A DNA stretch of 64,000 nucleotides. Source: Felis catus. Its lineage: Eukaryota. Shown one piece after another: positions 21,848 to 35,290 of this stretch. The translations under genes were made by a program, and so were the position numbers. The first letter of the stretch is position 1. The number at the start of each line of letters is the position of its first letter. The notes beneath the pieces are model-generated. The model was not told the DNA's origin. It worked only from the letters and a program-made list of their open reading frames with translations, and searched no databases. The stretch spans positions 53,818,001 through 53,882,000 of the forward strand of contig NC_058368.1 of assembly GCF_018350175.1 (NCBI RefSeq), in the 5' to 3' direction.

Positions 21848-24800
21848 TCTAAGCTAAGGTGTGGGAGTGAAGATGGAATGAAGGGGGCAGATTGAAGCAA
21901 TGCTAATGAAGCTAAATCAAAAGGTCTTGGTGACTGACTTGATTGTGGAAGGTGCCATAGTTACAGGGCTGTGCTCTGAGTTGTTTATCTAGTCACTAAT
22001 TAGAGTACCCTGCACATACATGGTATTCCAAAATATTTATTGGATGAAAAAAGGATTACATGAATGAATGAATAAATGAATGAAAGGAGAAACAGGAATC
22101 AAGACTGTCTACTTTGTTTGCTTGGGCCATCTAGGTAATTGTGGTGATAGCCTCTGCAGTGTAGGGCATAGGAAGAGGAGATGGTCTTGAGGGAAAGATG
22201 GAGATAATGGACTTGAGATGCCTAAGGTGAACATTTACAACATAGATAGACCCAAGTGTTTACTTGTTCAATGCCTTGATTGTTGATTAGACCAAATGGG
22301 ATACATTTTTTAAACAAAATGGAACCCCTTCTTGAGTCTGAAAAACACATTAGAGATTTATAAATTATAGCCAAAGATAAATTCAGATTTTTATGATAGC
22401 TAGAGAAATCTACATTTTTGCATTAATTTTCTGAGGAAACCATATTTTAAAACTTCCAGTGGTGTGGTTTTAGGATGCTAACTATTTCCTTCCCATGTCT
22501 TTCTTGCCAAACTTCACTACTTTGACTCTGAAATGAAGTAAAAAAATCTACTCAAGTCATTTAAGCACCAGAGGCAGTGGGATTACTTCTACCCTCAGAT
22601 GTGGTTACTTGTCCTTCTTCATACTCATCCCTTCTTCAGAGCCGTTCTGTTCCCAAGGACCATCTGCTATTGATCTATTATCCAATGGTCCCTAGAACTA
22701 CACTGGAGATATTTGTCCCCAGGGTTCCTTTTGCCTACCCTCAGTGCCACTCAGGGGCCTTATTGGGTGGTTTCTACACCGCTGGTAAAGCACAGGAGTG
22801 GCACAGATACCAGGGACATTGAGGTCACTGCCATTGCTGTTGGTACCCTTGTCACTCCACTCTGGGCACAGCATTTCTCTTTACAAATTCTCTTCTTTGC
22901 CATGACGAGAATACTGCTCTTTCTAAGCCTTTTCTTATGCCAAAGCCACGGTGTTCTTACCATTTATGAACCATTACCCAGAACCATTTGGGGCAGATTC
23001 CCTAAGGGCCTGGGACAGAGTGTATTTGTAGAGTGCTACACCATCAGGCCCAGGAACAAACTCAGGAAACTTAACTCTTCTTATCTCAAGGATGAGATCC
23101 TTGCCAGCCAGGGCATCTGTTGGTGAACAGACCTTACTTCAACCTTCTGTTCGAGGGTATTCACCTTAGTGGCCCTCATGTTCTCAGAGATCACAGCAGT
23201 TATCAGCTCCATGAATTTTCATTATGTTTTCCAGAAACTTCTTGTGTCTTAATGCAAATGGCACATGTGAGGGACTGACCTGATATCTCAGTCTAATCAC
23301 GGTGGACTCCCAGACTATGTTCCGTGCCTGTTCTTTCCTACATAAATCGTTAAGGAATTAAGTTTTATTTTCATATCGGTACTGAATAGAATTTTATTCT
23401 TGGTCTGTCTGCATTTACTGACTTAAACTCAACAGAATTAGCTATTCCAAACCTATCCCTAAGACTTTGTGCCTCCTGTTCTCTGTAGGTCTTGTTATGC
23501 ACCTTTAGGATACTACGTGCTGCCTAACTAGGATCTTAGCCAGCACCTTTGAAAGGGAGTTTTGATTGGCCTGAGTCCTTTCAGCATGACCTAAAATTAT
23601 TTTGGGTCAGACTTTTAAATCCCAAGTCCATCCTGTGATTTCTGTGGTCAGGGCATTTGGCAATCATGCTTTCCAAAAATATTGAGACATCGGGAAGAAG
23701 GCTCCAAAACCAGTGTAGATGTCAGCACCTTCATTTATAAGAACTCACACTGCCGTCATGGAAAACATGCTAATGCCAGAAGGAGGGAGGAGAGATTAAA
23801 AGAGTTCTAGAAGCAACAAGTCGGAGCTCGATTTCCTGGTGGTGGTGCATGCATGCACACATAGAAAGATGTCAGAAACAGTTTTAAAGCTTTTTTTTAA
23901 TCTAGCAAAGGAACATTTTATCCATTTGTCAGCCCTGTGAACTCTGGTGCCTCAACTGCATTAGCTTTTTGTTCAGTTTTAGGTGACTGAAATGCTGAAA
24001 ACAGGTTCCTTGTGAAGTCTCGCCAAAAATCGTCAGGGGAAACGGTATCTGTTCATGTATTGGACCAGAGTTCGCATTCTGACGGAGTATTTTCATGTCA
24101 AAACTAGTATCTCTGTGGTCATGAAGCCCTCTTCTTGTCAGCTATTAAATTGCTACCAAGGGCTACAGGTGGGGCTTTTTCTTTTCTTCTTTTTTCATTT
24201 TAAGTTTCTTCCATCTAAAAAAAGGAAGACAAAAGAAGACATTGATTTATACAGAAATCCTAATGTGCTACTAAGAAAATGATGTTTTGTGTGGTCACAT
24301 GATCGAAGTGTCTCCCATGAAGGATTAATCTGGTTCTGGGAATAGTTCTGAGAGTTTTTATATCCATTTTTGTGAAGCTTCAAGAGGCTTCAGTGTAACA
24401 CGACACCCCAAGAGGTCTGTAAAGTTGTTAAAATATTAAGAAAGACATAATTGTTAAAAGACTAGTTCTTAAATAAAATCCCTTGTGGAATATGAAAAAT
24501 CCCCTAAAGCTATAAGGCGACAGTGTTGCATTGAGGACTGATGTAACTCAGTTCATTTAGAAAATACCATAAACAGCTTTATTATGGGAATTTGGTAAAG
24601 AAATCTTTCATTAATAGGAAATATTTGGCTCTACACTGCAAATAAATTGATGTTTACATAATTTGCTAAGATCTTTCAGAGATTCAATATCCTCTGCTCA
24701 GCCTTAACATGAGTACTATATTAAATATATGATTTTGAAAAAAAAACTTATAAAATTCAGTTGTGGGTAATGTGATTTCTCATCTTAAGTTGTACCCTTC

Positions 24801-25549
24801 TGTTGTTCACTGAATTCATTTGGTATAATTAGGGGAAATGGTTCAAATCCCCTACTACAGGCTGATGTGATATAGACAGTCCTTGCTAGTGGACCTTGTT
24901 ATAAAGAGATATGCACAGATTCTGAATGTCCAAATTCATCAACGGGAATCTGTGCTGGATTCCCAGTGGTATATGCAGAAGGAACACTTCAGTCAAACAC
25001 ACAGTTGACTTTTATGGGCTTTAACTACAAATCCCAGCGAAATCCTGAACCTGCTGGTCTGGTCTGGACCACATGTGAACCTTTGCACTTCTGTTTTGCC
25101 CCTTGGTTTATACCTAGAATTTGAACTAGTCCAAGTAGTCTGTTTTATCTCGTTTCCCTGAGGACCACCCTGGTATTCATCTTAAAACTCCCTGGAAGTG
25201 TGTCCTTGGCTCAGCTTAGAATCTTTTTTTCCTGGGAAGTGTGTTCCCTTGGAATAGAACATGGGTGGTCGTGAGCCAGGTATGATCAAGAAACACTGAG
25301 CAATCTCTAAAGGTTAGAGTGTATAGCCAAAAGCCTCTAAATCTAAGGCAAGACAATATAATTTTGAGTATCAGTGAGCACTGAGGTTAGCCTTTGGTGC
25401 ACCAGGGTTGCATAGGGAATTAAATGTACATGGACTTGGCTAAGACTTCCTCCCCCACTGTGGCTCCTTGGACTCTGAATCTATAGGGGAGTCAAGATTT
25501 TATCCTGTAAGCCAAGAGAGAGTGGCATGATGAAATATGTATTTTGAAA

Positions 25550-25764
25550 AAAAACATTAAATGTTTATTTATTTTAGAGAGAGAGAGAGAGACAGAGTGT
25601 GAGTAGGGGAGGGACAGAGAGCGAGGGAGACCCAGAATCTGAAGCAGGCTCCAGGCTCTGAGCCACCAGCAGAGAGCCTGACACGGGGCTTGAACTCACA
25701 GACTATGAGACCGTGACCTGAGCCGAAGTCAGACGCTTAACCGATTGAGCCACCCAGGTGCCCC
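25550..25764 (-). mobile_element. CAN-SINE (felid type) inside an L2 relic
   Basis: TSD GAAATATG(T/C)ATTTTGAAA on both sides. Confidence 0.95.
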
Positions 25765-26014
25765 GAAATATGCATTTTGAAATGAGAAATTAGAAGTTTT
25801 TTGAGTGATGTATCAGAAGGAAAGAAGGCTGGAGCCAGAGCAGTCAAATCATTAACATGTTCCAGATGAAAGACCAAGAAGATGGGCACAAGGGAAGAGT
25901 CGGTTAAAGAAACAGTAATCGAAAATGACTCTTAAGATGCAGTAGAAGGTCCCCAAACATGTAGAGATAAGCTTTTATTTTCTGAACTCAAATTGCATGG
26001 AAGAAAAGTGTGTA

Positions 26015-26338
26015 ACCTGTCAGAACGGCTAAAATTAACAACTCAGGAAACAACAGATGTTGGTAAGGATGCAGAGAAAGGGAACCCTCTTGCACTGTTG
26101 TTGGGAATGCAAACTGGTGCAGCCACTCTGGAAAGCCGTATAGAGCTTCCTCAGAAAGCTAAAAGTATAACTACCCTATGACCCAGCAACAGTACTACTA
26201 GGTATCTATCCAAAGTATACAAAAATACTGATTCGAAGGGCATGTGCACCCCAATATTTGTAACAACATTATCAACAATAGCCAAATTATGGAAAAAGCC
26301 CAAATGTCCATCAACTGATGAATGGATAAAGACGCTCT

Positions 26339-26373
<35 letters not shown>

Positions 26374-26880
26374 ACACACATACATACATATACACATATA
26401 CATATACACACATCCATATACATATACACATGCATACGTACAATGGAATATTACTCAGCCATTAAAAAGAATGAAATATTGCCATTTGTAATGACATAAC
26501 TGGAACTAGAATGTATTATGCTAAGCAAAATAAGTCAGTCAGAGAAAGACAAATACCATATGATTTCACTCATTTGTGAAATTTAAGAAACAAAACAGAT
26601 GAACATGGAGGAAGGGAAGGAAAAATAAGATAAAAACAGAGAGGGAGGCCAACCATAAGAGACTCCCAACTGTAGAGAACAAATTGAGGGTTGCTGGAAG
26701 GGAGGTGGGTGGGGCATGGGCTATCTAGGTGATGTGTATTAAGGAGGGCACTTGTTGTGATGAGCACTGGGTGTTATATGTAAGCACAAATTCTACTCCT
26801 GAAACCAAATACTATACTATACGTTAGCTAATTTGAACTTAAATAAAATCTTGAGGAAAACAAAAACCAACAACAACAAC
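26015..26880 (+). mobile_element. Carnivore L1 3' portion (ORF2 end plus 3'UTR) with internal (TG)/(CA) microsatellite
   Basis: IAKLWKKPKCPSTDEWIK and MEYYSAIKKNEILPF motifs; 3'UTR and A-rich tail. Confidence 0.95.
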
Positions 26881-27675
26881 AAAAGGTATGTAAGATAGGA
26901 ATATCCAATGTGAAAACAATTTCAAAGATGGCAATAAGAGATAGAATCATCCAAACTGTAAGGAGTTTGCTAAATGCCTCTCTCTGCTCTCTTTGAAACC
27001 CCAACTAAGGCAGATACTAATTTTACATTACATAGCACTAACTCTTCACCTTGTACACATTTGCTAAAGTTCCTCTTGTAACAAGCTATCCTTAAATTAT
27101 GCATTAGGGTGCTCTGCTTCTGTCAGCTGCTGTCAGCACTCTTCTTTAGTGGTTTCTACCATCTGAGATGGTGGTTCCCTAACTCATAAAAGCATGTGAT
27201 TGTTATCATCAGTCCCCTGGCTTCATTCTTATTTCACAGGATGGACTACAGAAGATAAAGTATAAATATCCCTTTCTTACTGTTCATTACCAGTCACATT
27301 TTCTCATATTCAATTTCATTCTTCCCTTCCAAGAAACCTAAATAGGAGTAGATATTGATTTTGGAAATGTGTTTCTTAATGGTAAGAAATAGCAAACTAT
27401 ACCCTGAGTTGTAACTTTAAATGTATATTTTATGTCCTTTGGATGAAACAAAGATGTGTACTTGGTCCTATTTTTAGTGCTCCTGCCATATATCAGGAGA
27501 CACATATTCTGTATTTAGCAGGAAAAAATATTTTTACCATTTTTCAGTGCCTAGAATGAATAAAAGATCTAAGATTTCTTGCCTTGTGAGCCCTTTTACA
27601 GTTTAGCAGAATCAAGAGGTGAAAATTCACCTGCAGTTTTGATACACAACCTGACAGGACATGGGCTATAACTCA

Positions 27676-27676
<1 letters not shown>

Positions 27677-27708
<32 letters not shown>

Positions 27709-27722
27709 AAAGAAAAAAAAAA
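27677..27722. repeat. Poly(A) tract (~46 bp, two G interruptions)
   Basis: direct reading. Confidence 0.95.
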
Positions 27723-28263
27723 GTCCTGTTTGAAAGATTTATCTCTTGGAAGGAATCCATGCAGATAAAGTGGCTGGATAAAGCAGAATGGAATAGCACA
27801 CAATTGAAACTGGTTCTTACACTTTTCATGTAATGGCATTCTTTTGTTCTTTGTATTAAATATTCTAAATAGTCTCTCTATATTAATTGATAGATTAAAG
27901 CAAGCTAGATATTATGTGTGCATGTATCATTTCTGATTGGCCCAATTTGAAAGCTTACTGGGGCATGAAAAAAACCACCACACACACAATGCTTTCTTTC
28001 TGGGCAGTGTAAGGAACACAGGCTGGAGACAGAAATGGGGATGTATTCTGATGATCACAGCCTTGAATGGGCAAACTATCTGTTTCAGAATAAAAGCACG
28101 GAAGACTCAGCATGAGGATACTATCCCCTGTTTAACCTAAGACAAGCACATCAAATCCAAAACTTCACACTTTGTCACAGACAACACTGCTGATGGTGTG
28201 GTTTTCCTTGTAGGAAAATGTGGACGAAAACCTAGATTTCTGTGGCCAGTCTTTGCTGGCTGA

Positions 28264-28431
28264 CAGGGTCAGCTGCATGGGGCAGTCACTCGGGGCCCAG
28301 TGCCCAGCAGGGCCCTGTACTTGGTTTAAAGCTTTGCTGTTGCTGAGTGTTAAAAATTTTAAGAATTTTTGAACTAGGAATGCTGCATTTTCATTTTGCA
28401 ATGGGCATCACAAGTTATGTAGCCAGTCCTG
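28264..28431. mobile_element. MER91A-like hAT MITE
   Basis: CAGGG...CCTG termini, CATTTTCATTTTGCA.TGGGC..CACAA.TTATGTAGCC; 8-bp TSD CTGGCTGA/CTGGCCGG. Confidence 0.85.
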
Positions 28432-29224
28432 CTGGCCGGACCCAACATTTTGGAGCTCAGTCTTGTTACTTTATAATGGTAGGACATGAAGCCTTTGGAG
28501 AGTTTTTGGTATTTTGTTTGTTTTTTGGTTGTTTTCTTTTTAAAAATTAAGCAGTATTACTTTTGAAGCTAATTTATTTATATTTATGGACTTGAATCTC
28601 ATACCTCTGGATGGCAGGGTATTATTCTTAATCTATTCTTATTCTTGAATTAGGTCTCCCCACTCCCAACAGGTTTAATAACATAATCTATTAGCTATAG
28701 GTCATGATAGGAGATTGAGCTCTAAGTCAAACTTCTATTATAACTACTGAATACATCCTTCCAGCCTTAGTTCTCTGAGGTGGAACCTCTGTGCATGTCT
28801 CATACACTCACTTGCTTTCTCCCTGATGGTCTTTCATTTCCACTTTTATGATGCTGTCAAAACTGTGCTTCAGAAAAGCCTAACTAAAAAGAAGGAAGCC
28901 AGGTGTTCACAGACATTTTGATTAACTTTACCCTTTTAAACCACCTTTGAATTTTAAAATGCATTCTGTGGAACACACTTAATTCTTTGCCTACTACTAC
29001 ATCATGTGATTCAGTATTAACTGACTTATAGCCAAGTAATTATGTCTTGCATCTCTATTGAGGGAATACATGTTATTGAAATGGTTAAGGTTTTAATTTT
29101 TTTTAGACAAGATTTTTGCTAATTAGATATCGTTAATTTACCCATATGTTGGTTTCTTAAATTTTTTTAATGTTATGATTTTTAAAAGTTGGATATTCTA
29201 CCTTCTTCTAAAACATGGGAGGGG

Positions 29225-31100
29225 CTGTTTCAGTTAGTAATTTAATGAAGTCCAACTTATCTATCATTTTCTTTTGGGTAGCATTTTTGTGTCCTGTTTA
29301 AAAGGTCTTTGCCTATTCTAAGCTCATGTATATTTTCTCTTCCATTATTTTCCAGAAAATGTATTGTTTGACTTTTCCTATTGAAATCTATTCCATCTGG
29401 AATTCATTTTTATTTATGATATAAGATAGTGAGGTGGGATTCAAGGTTTATTTTTATTTGTTTTCCAGTTCACACAGTATCACTTATTGGGAAGAAGAAA
29501 AGCAAAAGAAACTATCATTTGACAACCCTTACTCATCAGTGCAGTATTTGTGTATATGGGTTTGTTTCCGGACTATTTCTGGAATGTTTTTTTCAATACA
29601 TTTATTGTCTATCCTTTAATGAATAATAAATCTAATTACAATAGCTATAAATTTTAATTTCTTTATTTGATGTTGTAGGTCTTCCAACTTACCTTTTCTT
29701 CAAGGTCATCATGGCTATTCTTGGTCTTTAACATTTCCACATTGATTTAAATCAACTTCTCAAACTCCACAAAAATACCTGTTGAGATTTTAACTAGGAG
29801 TGCAGGAGATCAAACTCAGAAATGACTTTTCTGATACTATTGTCTAATTCATGGACATAGTATGTATGACATAGATCTAGATCTTTTTAAATTTCTTTCA
29901 ATAATATTTTATACTTTTCTCTCTTACACACTATTGTTAGATATAATCCTATTTGTTTAATTTTTTGATATATTATAAATAACAGTGTATCATTTTTAAT
30001 TTTATTTTCTAATTTATTGGTATTTTATGAGTATAATTTATTTTTGTGTATTTTGTATGTACTGCGATAAATTCACTTATTGATTCTAAATGTTTATCTT
30101 TTGGATTTTCTATGTACATTCTCATGTCTTGTCTTCAATGCATATATACTTTATTTATTTTTCTTGCCTTATTGCATTGGCAAGACTTCCAAAAAACTCT
30201 TAAGTTGCAATGGCAATGGGGTTTTCCTTATTTCTTAAGATAACTTTATCTCAGAAAGAAATTTTTCAGAGTTTCATCAAGCTTAATATTTACTATAAGT
30301 TTTCTTTGAAGATACTCTCTATCATATAAAGAAATTTCCTCCTACTTCTGTTTTGCTAAGAGGCATTTATTTTGTTTTGTCTCAGTAATGAATGGTTGTA
30401 AATGTTTTTATTTATTCATTTGAATTTATTAAAAGGGCTACATGATTACTCTCTTATTTCTGTCAGTGTAGTGGATGACAATGATTGATTGTTGAGTGAT
30501 AAATCAACTTCCCGCTCTTAGTTCAATTCCAATTATATTATGTTTTCCCATACTGTTAGGTTTAATTTGATATTCTTTAGTATGTTTGTGTCTCTATTCA
30601 CAAGAAAGATGGGTAATTTTCCTTTTTTTATGTCTTTGCCAGGTTTTGCTGTCAGGATTACAATGGTCTTATAACATGAGATGGGAAATATACTCCCTCT
30701 ATCTAGACTATTAAAAAGCCTGTGCAGGATTGAAATAATGTTTTCCTTAAGTATTTAGAATAATTCTCTTTTGAAGCATCTGGGCCCAAAATTTTCTTTG
30801 TGTGAAGGTTTTTAATTTTGAAATCAATCTCTTTCATAGATAATGGCATCATTCAGATTTTTTATTTATTTGTATCAATTTTGGTAAGTAATGCTTTTTT
30901 CAAGGAATTTAATGTATGAAGTTAATTAATATAAAGTTGTTCATGATCTCCTTTTACTATATTTTAACATGTGTGATTTTTAGCTTTTTTCTCCCTCTTC
31001 TAGTGGATGTATTTAAGGCTTTAAAATTTCCTCTTTAAGCACTACTCTTCCTACATTGCACACATGTCACTCATTTCCAAAGATTTTCCAATTTCCTCAA
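29225..31100 (-). mobile_element. Ancient L1ME-like ORF2 fragment
   Basis: T-rich; TAATGAAGTCCAACTTATC, CCATCTGGAATT.ATTTTT, GAAGCATCTGGGCC antisense L1 motifs. Confidence 0.8.
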
Positions 31101-33073
31101 TTAAAACTTTGATTTTTATCTCTACAGTGCAGTGAGAGCACTATAAACCCTATGCCACTGTTTTCTGTTTTGCTTCCATGCTCTGTGCCAAAACCCAGCC
31201 TACTCCCCGAGGGCTTGTGGGGCTCACCTCAAAGTATTTCCCTTCTCTCTGCAATCAAGACTCAATCTTCAAGGATTCAGGATCTAGAAACTTCAAGTCC
31301 TGGCTTCACTGGTTTCCATTTGTAACGTTTAGTATTTTTGTTTTTGTTTTTGTTTTTTTCTCTTTTTTTCTTTTAGATAGAGATTTTGTAGTTATCCTTT
31401 ATGGCAGATGAGACACAAGATACTTCCTCTTAGACACATCAGTTTACTCCCCCCACCTCACCCCAGGTAAAATTTTACTGGTAAAATGCATTTCACTTCT
31501 GCTGCTGTCATACCACGTATTTGTTCAGTTTATTATTACCTAGAGAATGACAATCTAGAGATATTGAGAATCTTTTTGAAAATATTTAGTTTAAAAATTA
31601 GTCATAATATTTCCCTTTTTTTTGTGTGTCTTGATACAATAGGTTGTATGTATGTGTGTGTGTGCTATTTCAATATCTGATTTTATCTCTAACGCAATTG
31701 TAATTCTTTTTTTAAAGGATTGCCATGGCAAAACTGGCTTTTTTTTTTAAAGATGGGAGAGGAAGCATCGAACACTAGTTATTTTTGAGTTTCATCAAAC
31801 CTGTGTGTTCCTTCTTGTGTGTAACAGTATGGGAATTGCTGTGATAGAGATGAGGATTGAAAACCCCTACTAGTGAAGCTAAAACTCCCCTGGGATGTTC
31901 TCTGATTCATAAATATAGATCAGCACATACAAATAGTTCTCATCTGTTATGTTGCAAATCTTTTCTCACTGCTGAAAACATTGAGCATTGTTGGTGGCTC
32001 AGTAGCATCATCTTTCTCTAGAAAGAACAATCCCTAACAATTTTCGGTACTTTAATGTCACAATGGGGAATGGCTCAGTCATAAAACAGGTAATTTACTC
32101 ATCATGGACAAATGAGTGAATCATGATGTGGTCACTTGGATCTATATCCCATTTGTGATTATTTCTTTAATTCATTAACGAGAAAACAAGACTTTTCATG
32201 CCAGTGTTTTTTGCCGTCCATGAGAAGCAGCATGCTTGCATTTTCACTTTCTATTCAGGCCACTGTGAATTCTGTCTCTTAAATTATTTATATCAGATGA
32301 GTCTTTCCTCATTAAGCTTTGCCGCCTGGCCCTGTCCTGGAAGCTCTGGACCCAGGGCACTGTTTCTCCGAGTACCGTCTCCTAAACCATGCCTTTATCC
32401 AGGTGAGCTCAGGTTATGCTGAGCATCAAGGGCAGCCTTCAAAAAAGAAAAGATACACAAAATAGTATCTTGCAGTTTGAAGAGTAGAAGGAGGGATAGA
32501 GAGTTAGACAGTCCCACCCACTTGTCCTGGTACTGGGAGAGGAATTATGTTCCAGCTCTATATATTGAGACTACAGAGTAATAAGACTGGTTCAACAGGT
32601 CACTCAGGAAAATCATATTCTTCTGGCCATACCAAACAGCTTTAGATCTTTCTTAGGTAGTGCTCTCAGAACCACTTTCTTTTTCTTCACTCTGGAAGAG
32701 TCACTCCCTGGACCTGCAATGTCCCCTCCCATCATCTTTCATCCAGTTGGAGCTGTGAGTGGAAGACCACTGTGGGAGCAGCGTGCATCCAGGGTGATCA
32801 AGTGTAGCTGGGCAGGGAAGGCTTCTGAGCTGGAGATAGAAAAGCCTCCACTGCATAACTCTGATGATTGTGCCATTTTGTTCTCTAAGACAATTGCTAT
32901 TCTGTCTTTGAAACAGATCCAATAGAGAATATATTAATTGTCCCAAAAGCCCTTGCACTCTTGCCATTATTTAAGTCAAAAGCAGCCTGGTGATAGTGAC
33001 ACAGGGCAACTGAGAAAGATGTACTGTCAGGGTGGAAAGAGGGGAGAAAACATTATCAGAAAAACCTGGATAG

Positions 33074-33414
33074 TGTCTTAGTCCACTCAGGTTGCTATAA
33101 CAAATTCCATAGAGCCTGTGGCTTACACAGCAGAAATTTATTCCTCACAGTTCTGGAGGCTGGCAAGTCCAAAATCAAGGCACCTGCAGATTTGGTGTCT
33201 GGTGAGAGCCCACTTCCTTGCTCATATAGATGGCCGTCTTCTCTCTTTGTGCTCACATGGCAGAAGGGGTGAGGGAGCTCTCGGGGTTCTCTTCTGTTAG
33301 GGAGCTAATTCCATTCATTAGGGCTTCATTCTTACCTCCCCAAAGCCCCACCTCCTGATATCATCACATTGGGGAGTAGGATTTCAGCATGTGAATTATA
33401 CACGGACTACAGCA
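33074..33414 (-). mobile_element. MaLR solo LTR (MLT1A/MLT1A0-like)
   Basis: TGTCTTAGTCC..GCTATAACAAA, TCACAGTTCTGGAGGCTGG.AAGTCCAA; 5-bp TSD GATAG/GGTAG. Confidence 0.9.
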
Positions 33415-34409
33415 GGTAGGCTGTGAGTTGCTTTGTTGACTTTTTTTGGAAGGTCATAGTCAATTATGACAGTGTGAAGACTGTATCAGAGAAGTACCTG
33501 ATGCAGACATAGTGAGAGGAAGAAAGGAAAGGAGGAGCTGCTACATTCTGTTACTTCTCTATTGGTTTTCAACATTTCTAAGTTGGAATACTTGCTTATG
33601 AAGCAATACCAAAATAGTCTGGATTTATATGGAGGAACACCAACATATTTAGAAAATGCATGATGTCTCTCATATAGTTGGTGTCTGTCCAGCATCCGTT
33701 TAACTTCTATGGTTCCCAGAACAAATTAGCCAGTGAAGACTGTAGCTCCAATCCCTTTTTTCTTTGCCCAGACAAATGGTGACAGATTTCTTCATTTATA
33801 AAATATAGTGGTTAATTTGGATGATTCCCCAATTCTAGCCAGCTTTGATAATTGAAACTCTGCTTTTGTGAAACCTGAGGTTTTGGGACTTCTCACCTAG
33901 TTTCGACATTGAGTAGCATTACAGAGTACTCAGTGGTATTCCGGGTGACTTAAGGACCCTCTGTTCATTCCAGCTACGATAAAAACTGCCAGGCGCTTAA
34001 CATCAAACTGCATTTTCTCCAAGTGGATTGCCAACGCGTTGATGCCAGAGATCACAATTGCCTTTTGGAATATCACGTGATAACTGATATCACAGCAGTG
34101 CCAGCCAATTCAAGAGAAAGATGGCACTAGTCACTTGTTTCAAGAGGGAAATTCAGGTACAGGCGGGGTGGACTTCAGTGTTTTGAAGTGAAGCTTGCTG
34201 ATGAAAGGCAACTCACAAAGTCTGGTGCCAACTGTTTCTTTTGGCAGGTCACCAGTGTCACTCAGATCTCAGCTTAGCAACTATAGATGCTAATTACCTT
34301 GAAGTTTATCAATCTACCTAAAAGCAAAAACAATCATCTGATGAGTCAAATTATCACTCATATCAAGCATCATTATGGTTTCTTTGCCTATCAGAATAAA
34401 TATGTAGTT

Positions 34410-35290
34410 CAATGGAGTAGAAAGGGACTTACATCAGGAGTCAAAATCCCAGGTCCTAGGACTTCATAATTTATTTGTTGAACATTCTTAGGGGAAATCA
34501 TTGATCTTCTCTGAGCTTTTTCTACATCTAAACTTAGGAATAATCCATATGCAACATCATTTTATAAGAATGTTAAAAGACCCCAAGAGAATTCACCTCT
34601 AGTTTTATAAGTGAAAAAACTGACCCTCAAAGAATTGTATTCCCTTAGTGAAACTGGAAATTCCATGTGCTTTCTGTTAGTTTTTAGTAGCTCTGTTTTG
34701 AAACCAAATGAGATAATGTATGTGGATGCTACAATATAGAAACTGTAATATACTATCCTGCATAGTGTATTGATAAAGAAGGGCAATAATGACATCTCTC
34801 ATTTCCAAATGAGAACATTAGGGCACAGGTAAGTTGAAAGATTGTTTGAAATCAGCTCTCAAGGGTTAGAAGTCAAGTTTTTTTCATCTACCAACTTCAG
34901 GGGTATCTCTGTGAGAATAGACTATAAGGGAGTATTATTTTCAATAGGGACTAAATGTACTTGTCACTAAGTGGCAGTATAGAATAATGGAAAAGGCATA
35001 AGTTCTGGAGGCCAGGAAACCTGGCTTCCAAATCAGAACCCATCCCTTACTAGCTATATCACTTTGGATAAATATTTAACCTCCCTGAGTATGAGGTTCC
35101 TCAGGTAAAAAATGGAGATCTAATTAGTAATAATACTATCAAATACTTATGGAACATTTATCATGTCATAATTACTCCTGAATAGTTTTGTATTATTGTT
35201 TCAATGGTCTTAAATTTATTAGCTCTGTGTATTCGTAGAACAGATTTACTTGAAAACTTTGAGAAGATTAAATATGCCAAGCCCCTGTTT
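34410..35290. mobile_element. Cluster of MIR fragments
   Basis: e.g. CTTACTAGCTATATCACTTTGGATAAATATTTAACCTCCCTGAG at ~35046-35090. Confidence 0.7.

Larger units (their letters stand above)
20670..22250 (-). mobile_element. Fragmented L2 with nested MIRs, MER20 and a sense L2 3' end (~21960-22085)
   Basis: CATGTGCCAGG..., GTCAGAGAAGGCTTC..GGAAG, CTTGGTGACTGA.TTGATTGTGG purine-rich antisense L2 motifs. Confidence 0.65.
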
